Assembly (NCBI GenBank): GCA_964496615.1
Contig: CAZCAB010000002.1
Location: 1 to 33,608 of the forward strand
DNA: 33,608 nt
Direction of reading: 5' to 3'
Source of the DNA: an uncultured Gammaproteobacteria bacterium
Lineage (GTDB): Bacteria > Patescibacteriota > Patescibacteriia > Magasanikbacterales > UBA922
Below, piece after piece: positions 25,310 through 33,395 of this stretch. The position numbers were made by a program, and so were the translations under genes. Numbering within the stretch: the first letter of the stretch is position 1; each line of letters opens with the position of its first letter. The notes beneath the pieces are model-generated. The model ran no database searches. It was not told where the DNA came from and worked only from the letters and a program-made list of their open reading frames with translations.

Positions 25310-26552
25310 TTTTTTTTAGCTGTTCTTCACTTTCAACAACCTGTGCAGCCTTCACAGAAAGAATCTCCGTGAAATAATCAGTCAAATACCACCGCTTAAC
25401 ACTTCTATGAAAAGGTTTTGGAGTGGGTCCATCAAAGTTAATTAAAATCACAGGCTTACCCATAGCAGCACCATCTAATGTTAAAGTTGAACACGTATTG
25501 ATAACAACATCTGAGTGATACAGAGAATTCAAAAAATGATTCATTTGCTTATCTGAGTAATCCCATCTGTCTCTAAAATTGCTTGACGGATTATTTTGTC
25601 GATCAACAACGACATTTGGTCGATCGAAATAGTCCTTGAACTTAAGGTGATCATCCTTGTGTGCAAAGTGCGGTCTAATGAGGAGTTGCGCAGGTTGTTT
25701 GAATGCATCCTGGTCAATGAGATCTGCAATGACACCAGCCACATCTGGATCAGTAGGAACGTACTTACCTTCAGACCCAAAGAAGATAATTTTTTTATTT
25801 GGATCAAGACCAAGCGAGGCACAAAAATCTTCTCGAGATTCGATCAGGGCGTTATCGCTGTAATAATCAAACTGTGGAACACCGGTAATAGCTATCTGTG
25901 ACGGATGGTAATCCTGCAATGTCTGCATCTGCTTTTTCATGAAGTGACTCCACACGACTACCGTGTCAGCCTTCGCCCTAAAGTAGAGCTTTGAAGGATT
26001 ATCCCATGACTTCGGCATAGCTACGGATGGCACCTTGAGCCTGCGTGCTGCCTTAAGTAGCGCGGATTCGCTATCCTCACCCATGCTCGTTGAAAAAATC
26101 ACAGATGGCTCATGAGCTAGTATCATTGACGTGTATTGACGCACCATGTCCTTTTGCAATAAAAGGTAATCAAGCCATCGCAAGAACTTTCTCACAAATT
26201 GCACTTTTGAAAGTGGATAAAAAAGTGATTTTATGACAACATATTTTACTTTCGAAGGAGGCTCCAAAGAATCCCCGACCGTATCATACCGGATCAACTT
26301 TTCCGTTGTTTTATTGTAGATAATATATTTGTTCACCTTATGAATGAGCAGACGTAGCAGTGTGTTTTCTGATGGTAACATTGGAAGAAAAGTCACATTC
26401 TCCGCTCCAAATTCAGAGATGAATCTTTCATCATTATTTGCGGGGGTAACGATGAAAACCTGGTCAAAGTTCTTCTTCAATTCTTTAAAAAAAGTATTCT
26501 TGAGAAGATTTCTGGCAGTACCGCCGCGAGATATGGTGATCATTACATTCAT
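25302..26552 (-). CDS. unassigned GT-B-like / capsule-type transferase candidate (416 aa as called, probably C-terminally truncated by frameshift)
   Basis: Two Rossmann-like halves (MNVMITISRGGTARNLL... and DVVINTCSTLTLDGAAMGKPVILINF) resemble TagF/capsule-synthesis-type GT-B proteins. No specific CAZy-family motif recognised. The start overlaps the upstream stop as ATGA (26549-26552). Confidence 0.5.
   Translation of the reverse strand: MNVMITISRGGTARNLLKNTFFKELKKNFDQVFIVTPANNDERFISEFGAENVTFLPMLPSENTLLRLLIHKVNKYIIYNKTTEKLIRYDTVGDSLEPPSKVKYVVIKSLFYPLSKVQFVRKFLRWLDYLLLQKDMVRQYTSMILAHEPSVIFSTSMGEDSESALLKAARRLKVPSVAMPKSWDNPSKLYFRAKADTVVVWSHFMKKQMQTLQDYHPSQIAITGVPQFDYYSDNALIESREDFCASLGLDPNKKIIFFGSEGKYVPTDPDVAGVIADLIDQDAFKQPAQLLIRPHFAHKDDHLKFKDYFDRPNVVVDRQNNPSSNFRDRWDYSDKQMNHFLNSLYHSDVVINTCSTLTLDGAAMGKPVILINFDGPTPKPFHRSVKRWYLTDYFTEILSVKAAQVVESEEQLKKSD
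25310..25317 (-). repeat. A8 (T8 on plus strand) homopolymer at the frameshift point
   Basis: Counted directly: ...cgc tttttttt agc... The current frame reads CTA AAA AAA AGC GAT TGA. Confidence 0.9.
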
Positions 26553-27511
26553 ATACTCTGACTAGTTTTATAAAAGCTCTCGATCTTCTGCGCAATAAAC
26601 ATATCTGTCTTCTCTCGAGATTCATGGGTCACCCCACCAATATGAGGAACGATAATACAGTTGTCGCTTTTTTGCGCGTATGCAATAAGCGGGTGAGAGA
26701 CATTCTCCGTATCAAACGATAGTTCTCCTGACAGAACATCAGCCGCATAGCCAGCGATTAATCCTTCTTCTAGAGCATTGAGCAGATCTTTTTCATTTAC
26801 GATTTCGCCGCGAGATGTGTTGATAAGATAGGCGCTCTTCTTCATGCGACCAAACGAGTCAGCATTAATCATTGCGCGCGTCTCATCATTTAGATGGACA
26901 TGTATCGATATGATATCACTGTTTTTAAGCAGGTCCCGAAAATCTGACCGCATCTCACCATGTTGAGGTGCATTCTCTACATATGGATCATATACTATTA
27001 CTTTCATGTCAAAGGCTCGAGCATATCTTGCCATCATTTTCCCCAACCGACCATGTCCGATAAGACCTAACGTTTTACCCTGTAATGTGTGCCCTCTAAA
27101 ATTCTCACGCTTCCAGTTTTCTTTCTTTACTGAAAAAAAGCTGTGACTCATCTTTCTCATGATATCGATCATGAGGCCCCATGCAAGTTCGGCAGTGCCA
27201 GTTATAGTATCCAAAAATTCAGTCTCGCCTCGCAGACTCAAAATGGCAACCCCCTTATCTTGTGCAGCATCCATGTCTATATGATCGAGTCCTGTCGTTG
27301 GCGTCGCAAGCACCTGTAGCTGACTCGCGCTATCAAAAACGTCTTTATCAAAAGTTACACCAAGAGATGTGATGATAGCATGATAATGCGCGACTTGCTG
27401 CTTCAACTGCTCCTGAGTCATATCCGCATAATCAACAGATCCAATTTTATCAAGTATCTTCTTGGCAGAATCTGTAAAGTTGGGGACCAAATTGAGGATG
27501 CGAATAGACAT
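26549..27511 (-). CDS. D-isomer-specific 2-hydroxyacid dehydrogenase (SerA/glycerate dehydrogenase-like)
   Basis: GKTLGLIGHGRLGKMMA NAD-binding motif, NTSRG, and the catalytic PHIGGVTHES context. Confidence 0.85.
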   Translation of the reverse strand: MSIRILNLVPNFTDSAKKILDKIGSVDYADMTQEQLKQQVAHYHAIITSLGVTFDKDVFDSASQLQVLATPTTGLDHIDMDAAQDKGVAILSLRGETEFLDTITGTAELAWGLMIDIMRKMSHSFFSVKKENWKRENFRGHTLQGKTLGLIGHGRLGKMMARYARAFDMKVIVYDPYVENAPQHGEMRSDFRDLLKNSDIISIHVHLNDETRAMINADSFGRMKKSAYLINTSRGEIVNEKDLLNALEEGLIAGYAADVLSGELSFDTENVSHPLIAYAQKSDNCIIVPHIGGVTHESREKTDMFIAQKIESFYKTSQSI

Positions 27512-27514
27512 ACT

Positions 27515-28237
27515 CTAATTATTTTCATTACGCTTCAACAAAAAAGAAGCAAACTCAAAATCGATCGGCTCGTTTATATCCACTGATCGATCCTCTGGCA
27601 TAACATACGCACGAGAATCCGCCCCAAAAATATCACCTTCCATAACCAGATCAGTGCGAGTCAGATATATAGCACAGTTTCTTTTATATATAGGCTCTGC
27701 ATCCTGCCTCCGAGCTGATGCGGTACCTTCATTACTCACAGCAGATGTAATAACGCCATTTTCAATATATTTAAGTTTGGCCAGTGACATGTCAGTCAAC
27801 TCATACATACTCATCACCGAATCTGCGCCCGAATCCACAATCATTTCTATGCAAGCATCAATATCTTCACTTGTTCTCAATGGCGAAGTGGGCTGCAGAA
27901 CCATGACATAATCATATGAGATATCATCTAAATCAGCGAGTGATGTTACTGCATGCTGCATAAACTCTATTGCTGTGCTCCTATCCTGCGAAATTTCATC
28001 TGGCCTCATAAACGGAACTTCAGCTCCAGCCGCTCGCGATAATTCGGCTATTTGCACATCATCCGTGGAAACTATGCATCTGGTTAAGAAAGCGCTTTTT
28101 TGAGCGGCCTCTATCGTCCAATATATGAGAGGTTTACCAAGAAGCGGCCTAATATTTTTTTGGGCAATACCTTTAGAACCACCGCGAGCCGGGATGATAC
28201 CAAGGACCTTTTTGTTTTTGTACATTCCAGAATTCAT
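27515..28237 (-). CDS. acylneuraminate cytidylyltransferase, NeuA-like paralog 3
   Basis: IIPARGGSKGIAQKNI...GKPLIYWTI. The track ORF extends into the upstream gene, so the first ATG after that gene's stop (28237) is used. 28225 is an alternative. Confidence 0.85.
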   Translation of the reverse strand: MNSGMYKNKKVLGIIPARGGSKGIAQKNIRPLLGKPLIYWTIEAAQKSAFLTRCIVSTDDVQIAELSRAAGAEVPFMRPDEISQDRSTAIEFMQHAVTSLADLDDISYDYVMVLQPTSPLRTSEDIDACIEMIVDSGADSVMSMYELTDMSLAKLKYIENGVITSAVSNEGTASARRQDAEPIYKRNCAIYLTRTDLVMEGDIFGADSRAYVMPEDRSVDINEPIDFEFASFLLKRNENN

Positions 28238-28244
28238 ACTGCGA

Positions 28245-29978
28245 TTACAACTGGTATTTTGCTCCAATACCCAAGCCATCATAGTGAACATGGTCGATTG
28301 ATTGAAAATCAAAATCCACGAAAATAGCCCATCCATCAAATAGCAAGCTCGGTCGCGCAAGTGTCTTCACTAATGAATAAATTCCTAGATCATAAAAAGA
28401 ATGATGGTTATTAAGAACCACAACACAGTCTGCATTCATGAATCCATTTTCAACCGATGTTGGGGTCACATCAAGTGTCTGTAACTCTTCATCAGCGACA
28501 ACAGGATCATGGACATATATGTTCTTATATTCTTTTTGTATCTCCTGCATGATTTCAACTCCAGTGGACGATCGCAAATCAGAAGTTTCAGGTTGTCCCT
28601 TAAAGGCAAGTCCCATTATGAAGATTTTAGGGTCTGTCACACCTCGTTTATGAGTACGCAGAAAAGTAATTACTTTTTGGGCAACAAATGAAATCATGCT
28701 CTCATTTATATCACGACCAACGATCGGTAGCTTAGGTGTGTACGATATAGACTCGGATGATTTCATAAAGATGAAGGGATCCTTAGTAAGACATGCCCCG
28801 CCCACACCCGGGCTTGGTACTGGAATATTGTTTCGGGGATACCCCAAATTTGCGGCCTCAATAACCTCATACGTATTGAGTGAAAAGCCATCCATAACTT
28901 GTGATAATTCGTTGGAATATGCGAATGTTAAATCCCTGTACGTGTTATTCACGAGCTTTACAGCTTCTGCAGCCTCCAGCGTACTTACCATGCGGATCGA
29001 TCTCACAAATTCTTTAAAGAGATTAGCAGCTAAGTCTGAACTTGCTTTGTCATATCCACCAATTACTTGAGGAATGCTACGTATCTCTTGAAGCGCCACC
29101 CCTTCGGCTGTACGCTCCGGCGCAAATGCAACAAAGAAATCTCTGCCCGCTTTGTAATCGGTTTCTCTCTCAAGAATCGGAATAACAAAGTTTCGACATG
29201 TACCAATTGGTACTGTCGAACGCAAGACAATCAGATCATTTGGTTTGAGTATCTTTGAGATAACCTTTAGCGAGCTTTCCAAATATTGCATTTGGACTGT
29301 ATTTGTATCATCGACAGGAGTTCCAACACATATGATGTAAACATCACTTACACCCTCTTGAAATTCACTCGTAACAATAAATCTGTTATCAATATGGCGT
29401 TGCAGTAATTCATCAAGACCCTTTTCAAAAAAATGTGATTTTCCGGTGCGCAGCTGCGCAACCACGGACTCCTTAATATCAACGCCAATAACCTCAAAAC
29501 CGACTTCCGCCAAGGTGAGTGCAAGCGTGAGACCCACGTAACCTAATCCGATGACTCCAACACGGCGAGTTTTAACCTCACTCATCTTCCATAGCTCAAA
29601 AAAAGAGTACACATCAGTTGGTCTTCTTTGATCATCCACCAAGATCACTTTATCAATTGCATTGTATGGAATATTTCGTGCACGTATCTGTTCAAATACA
29701 CGTGGTAGCATGTTATGGACAGGCACATCGGATTCGATCGTGATTGGATCTGTTGTCATTATCTCGCCCACAGAAACATCGAGGTTAAATCCACTTAATA
29801 GTGCTCGACGAATATCGCCATCAGTAACAACACCTTCAAGTATGCTATTGCTATCAACAACAAGTACTATTCCGTGCAGCACCTCTGAATCACCGCCCAC
29901 ACCATGAGTTATCATACTCATGACTTCCTTTATTGTGGCATGTCGATTTGTTTGTAGATGATTGTTTCTGATCTTCAT
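28245..29978 (-). CDS. CBS-pair fused to a UDP-sugar 6-dehydrogenase (WecC/UDP-ManNAc dehydrogenase-like)
   Basis: N-terminal approx 130 aa carry CBS motifs (ATIKEVMSM...GIVLVVD...LEGVVTDGDIRRALL). These are followed by VGVIGLGYVGLTLALTLAE Rossmann and GVGGACLTKDP catalytic Cys motifs. Confidence 0.8.
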   Translation of the reverse strand: MKIRNNHLQTNRHATIKEVMSMITHGVGGDSEVLHGIVLVVDSNSILEGVVTDGDIRRALLSGFNLDVSVGEIMTTDPITIESDVPVHNMLPRVFEQIRARNIPYNAIDKVILVDDQRRPTDVYSFFELWKMSEVKTRRVGVIGLGYVGLTLALTLAEVGFEVIGVDIKESVVAQLRTGKSHFFEKGLDELLQRHIDNRFIVTSEFQEGVSDVYIICVGTPVDDTNTVQMQYLESSLKVISKILKPNDLIVLRSTVPIGTCRNFVIPILERETDYKAGRDFFVAFAPERTAEGVALQEIRSIPQVIGGYDKASSDLAANLFKEFVRSIRMVSTLEAAEAVKLVNNTYRDLTFAYSNELSQVMDGFSLNTYEVIEAANLGYPRNNIPVPSPGVGGACLTKDPFIFMKSSESISYTPKLPIVGRDINESMISFVAQKVITFLRTHKRGVTDPKIFIMGLAFKGQPETSDLRSSTGVEIMQEIQKEYKNIYVHDPVVADEELQTLDVTPTSVENGFMNADCVVVLNNHHSFYDLGIYSLVKTLARPSLLFDGWAIFVDFDFQSIDHVHYDGLGIGAKYQL

Positions 29979-29998
29979 ATAAGTGGCTTCTTCAAGAT

Positions 29999-31150
29999 TT
30001 AATCACAAAATCTCTTTTGTGTGTAAAGAGGGAGAGTTGCTAATAGATGTGCAATCTGGCTACTCGTACCGGGCTTATAGTACATATCACTCTGAGCATA
30101 GCATCCACGGCGAAGTTGAGTTTCAATTGCATCTTGTATCCGTGTTGCATCATATTCAGCATCAATAATGTGCTCTCCTCGCATGCGACCTGACTGTCTG
30201 GTACCAATATTTACAACTGGTGTACCAAAATATGAAGCTTCCTTTATCCCTGCAGATGAATTACCGACAAGACAAGCTGCGTTCTTAAGCAAGTACGCAA
30301 AATGCCCTGGCTCAATATGCTTGATAAAACGTATTTGATGAGTATCCTGCTCCTCTCTGAAGACACGCAACGCTTTACTCACCTCGTCAGTCCCCGCATC
30401 CACATTTGGCCAAAACCAAATTGCTGGTGTATTACTTTTGCTAACAGCGTCCAATGTTTGTTCAGTGTTAAACCTGTTATCACCTATCTCACTCGTAACA
30501 GGATGTTGCACAACCATGAGATACGGCTGGGTAAGATCAATCTCGCTACCAACCCCAGTCGTATTAATTAATTCTCGTGAGACGTCCTTAGTCTCTTTTG
30601 CAATAAATTCAATCCCAGGACAACCAACATTAAAGACATACTCAGGCTGTTCCCCCATACGGATCAAACGGTCCTTAGATACATTATTGGTTGGGAAATG
30701 AATATGCGCTAACTTAGAAATCGCATGACGAACACTCTCGTCAATCGTGCCGGTCACATCTCCCCCTTCAATATGTGCTACCGGAATATTAAGGTATGCA
30801 GCAGACACGGCCGCAGACAAAACTTCATACCTATCCCCTCTCACGACGACAACATCTGGCTTAATATTGTCAAAAGCAGTTGCAAATTCGGCTATTCCAA
30901 TACCTGTAGTTTTAGCCATTGCCACAGCAGAACCACCTTCAAGTGTCATGGTAATCTTTGCACTACAGGTAAAGCCATCCTTCTCAATGAGCGTTAATAC
31001 ATCCCCATAATTAGGTAAGATAGCAGAGGCTCCAACGATAATACTCAGATCTAGAGCATCATTTTTCTTTATTTCGTCTAAAATAAGTTTGCTCCGAGCA
31101 TAATGAATTTTGGAGGTGATGATAAACGCAATTTTTCTTTTCTTTGACAT
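29999..31150 (-). CDS. UDP-N-acetylglucosamine 2-epimerase, hydrolysing type (NeuC-like) paralog 2
   Basis: HIEGGDVTGTIDESVRHAISKLAHIHF. 383 aa and strongly diverged from paralog 1. Confidence 0.8.
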   Translation of the reverse strand: MSKKRKIAFIITSKIHYARSKLILDEIKKNDALDLSIIVGASAILPNYGDVLTLIEKDGFTCSAKITMTLEGGSAVAMAKTTGIGIAEFATAFDNIKPDVVVVRGDRYEVLSAAVSAAYLNIPVAHIEGGDVTGTIDESVRHAISKLAHIHFPTNNVSKDRLIRMGEQPEYVFNVGCPGIEFIAKETKDVSRELINTTGVGSEIDLTQPYLMVVQHPVTSEIGDNRFNTEQTLDAVSKSNTPAIWFWPNVDAGTDEVSKALRVFREEQDTHQIRFIKHIEPGHFAYLLKNAACLVGNSSAGIKEASYFGTPVVNIGTRQSGRMRGEHIIDAEYDATRIQDAIETQLRRGCYAQSDMYYKPGTSSQIAHLLATLPLYTQKRFCD

Positions 31151-31158
31151 AAATAAGG

Positions 31159-32250
31159 TTAATGGGGGTTTGGTCTGTCCTGATCACTATCCCCTTTTGT
31201 TAGGAACCAATTTGCTGGATTATGAAATGCATCTTGATTAATCTGAGTATCTTGATTCCATACCGCATAGTTAATGTAGTTCTTTGAATATGAAATCGGA
31301 TTGAAAAATAATGGTAGATCTTTATATACCGTTTTGTATACATCTACAAAACCAAGTGATTCAAGCGTGCTTTTATACATGAACCCTGAAAACATAAATT
31401 CAAGCATGTCCACTTCAAGCGATCCAAGCTCATTCATACAAACGAGCAATATCTCCTGCTCGGCATGCTCATACGCAATAAAATCTATCATACGCGCAAC
31501 TCGATACTCTTCCACAGCCTCAATGCGATAGATGACGTATCCAACGATTATTCCTTGGCTATCCCGCGCGACAAGTATTTTATAATCTAAGTATGGATGA
31601 TCAACATAGCGCCACTTTAAATAAGCATATGAACGCTCCACAGTATTTTGATAGCGCGCCTTAACTTGTGACCAAAATTCATCTATCTGACTATCAAACT
31701 CGGTGCTATAAACATACTCTTTCGAAGATGACTGTAGCGGAGGAACATCTCCTGCGACCATATCTTTTGCCTGGGCTTTTTTCGGCAACAAACTGTTCAC
31801 TTTTTCTGCATTATATATGTATACAAAACGATTGAAATTGCCCATGTTATGCCAATCTCCAAGCTTTTCATATATTGAAAAACTGTCAGGATTAAAACCT
31901 TCTATAAAAGCAATATCAGAACGATTCATCGCTGCTTTGATCAGAAGAGCGCCGGCACCAAACGCCCGGAGACGCTCATCAACATACAAATTGACGTAAT
32001 TACAAACAAGTCGAGAATCGCCCGAAATAGTATATGGCATAGGTATCAAACCAACTGATCCATATATAGTATCTGCTTCTTTGAGAATATAAAACTCATA
32101 ATCTTCTGCATACGGATTCGCGGCGAATTGCCAATCAAAAAATACTGGATCGCTCAAGATGTACTTGTCATGAAAATGTGTACGCGCGAATGCCTGGTAC
32201 AGTGGATAATCTGCTTTAGTCAGCTTTTGTACATTTTTCATTCCAATCAT
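31159..32250 (-). CDS. two-lobed GNAT/FemAB-like (Acetyltransf_6-like) acyltransferase candidate
   Basis: 363 aa. GNAT motif-A-like RLRAFGAGALLIKAA sits in the first half, and YLKWRY with a second alpha/beta lobe in the second. The assignment is by weak pattern only. Confidence 0.4.
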   Translation of the reverse strand: MIGMKNVQKLTKADYPLYQAFARTHFHDKYILSDPVFFDWQFAANPYAEDYEFYILKEADTIYGSVGLIPMPYTISGDSRLVCNYVNLYVDERLRAFGAGALLIKAAMNRSDIAFIEGFNPDSFSIYEKLGDWHNMGNFNRFVYIYNAEKVNSLLPKKAQAKDMVAGDVPPLQSSSKEYVYSTEFDSQIDEFWSQVKARYQNTVERSYAYLKWRYVDHPYLDYKILVARDSQGIIVGYVIYRIEAVEEYRVARMIDFIAYEHAEQEILLVCMNELGSLEVDMLEFMFSGFMYKSTLESLGFVDVYKTVYKDLPLFFNPISYSKNYINYAVWNQDTQINQDAFHNPANWFLTKGDSDQDRPNPH

Positions 32251-32255
32251 ATCTT

Positions 32256-32960
32256 TTATAAATGGCTCCCGCCGGTTACGTGCATATTCTCACCTGTTAT
32301 AAACTCTGCCTCATCTGATGCTAGGAAAAGAACTGCATTTGCAACATCAATAGGCCTCGTGGTTCTCCCCAGTGGTGTGCCATGGACAACAACTTCTGTG
32401 AGCTTCTCAGGAAATACACTCGAAAAATCGTTTGAAACTAAACCAGGCGAAACTGCATTGACTGTAATCCCAAATCTACCAAGCTCCTTTGCCATACAGC
32501 GAGTTAACCCCAGGAGCGCATATTTTGCAGCAACATAATCAGCGACATACGATGGTGTCTCATTTTCTGCATACGTGGTCAGAACATTTATTATGCGTCC
32601 ATATCTTTTTTCCTTCATGCTCGGAAGAAGTTGAGGCAGTACTTCCACCGCGGCCTTGAGCTGCACATTCATCTGCGCTTCAAAATCAGACCATATCTTC
32701 GATCCGATCGGTCCAATTTTAAGAGGAGCGCTTAGTGCATTAACTAATATATCTATCCCATCTGACTGGGACAAAACTGTATCCATGAGCTGACTCAATT
32801 GACCTGAATCACGTACGTCCGCAGCGTATGGCTGCTGTGATCTGCTATGCGAGAAGACTTCAGCGCCAGATCGTTCAAACTGTGAAACCACTTCGGATCC
32901 AATGTCCCCATCGCCACCCAGAACAAGGACCTTCTTGCTTTCGAAATCTATATTTTTCAT
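32256..32960 (-). CDS. short-chain dehydrogenase/reductase (FabG/3-oxoacyl reductase-like)
   Basis: VLGGDGDIGSEVV cofactor motif and the YVAAKYALLGL (YxxxK) catalytic motif. The start overlaps the MaoC stop as ATGA (32957-32960). Confidence 0.85.
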   Translation of the reverse strand: MKNIDFESKKVLVLGGDGDIGSEVVSQFERSGAEVFSHSRSQQPYAADVRDSGQLSQLMDTVLSQSDGIDILVNALSAPLKIGPIGSKIWSDFEAQMNVQLKAAVEVLPQLLPSMKEKRYGRIINVLTTYAENETPSYVADYVAAKYALLGLTRCMAKELGRFGITVNAVSPGLVSNDFSSVFPEKLTEVVVHGTPLGRTTRPIDVANAVLFLASDEAEFITGENMHVTGGSHL

Positions 32961-33394
32961 ATGTCTCTAACTTTTACACGTGCACAGCCGTCTACTGACA
33001 ATTCACCATTTGATCCTAATACTTGTGTACGCAATTCAACCATATTTAGTGCTTCCACTGTGTTTATGACCTCTGCTCTCACGTGTACCGTACTATCAAC
33101 TAAAACAGGTTGGCGATACTGAGTATCTTGTGATATATACAGACTCCTCTCCCCTGGACACATCATGCCGATTATCTGAGAAAAGAATGCGCTGAGTAAA
33201 GCCCCGTGCACAACTCGAAATCCAAATTCCGAATTGGTCGCATATGCTTCATCCACGTGTAGTGGATTATAATCACCAGTCAATGCGGCGAACGCGTCTA
33301 CCATCTCTTCAGTTATATGCTGTGTAAACTCAAACACATCCCCAACGGTTATCTGATCAAAACGTAATGTCTGAGCTTTTTCCTTAACTTGCAT
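32957..33394 (-). CDS. MaoC-like hotdog-fold (R)-specific enoyl-thioester hydratase/dehydratase
   Basis: 145 aa with the GDYNPLHVDEAYA hydratase motif and VVHGALL. Confidence 0.85.
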   Translation of the reverse strand: MQVKEKAQTLRFDQITVGDVFEFTQHITEEMVDAFAALTGDYNPLHVDEAYATNSEFGFRVVHGALLSAFFSQIIGMMCPGERSLYISQDTQYRQPVLVDSTVHVRAEVINTVEALNMVELRTQVLGSNGELSVDGCARVKVRDI

Positions 33395-33395
33395 A

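Noticed and set aside
27515-28360. Long N-terminal extensions of track ORFs (28238-28360 here; also 11043-11096, 11047-11100, 13405-13437, 14519-14542, 15835-15879, 21816-21824, 25114-25119)
   Set aside because: Most begin with TTG or GTG, overlap the upstream gene, and precede the conserved N-terminal motif by non-conserved sequence. Internal ATGs that restore tight, non-overlapping spacing are preferred.
29999-31150. Annotating NeuC-like paralog 2 as a non-hydrolysing WecB feeding the adjacent WecC-like dehydrogenase
   Set aside because: The HIEGGDVTGTIDESVRHAISKLAHIHF motif matches the hydrolysing NeuC pattern rather than the WecB HVEAGLR-type motif. The call is kept as NeuC-like and the conflict is flagged as a finding.
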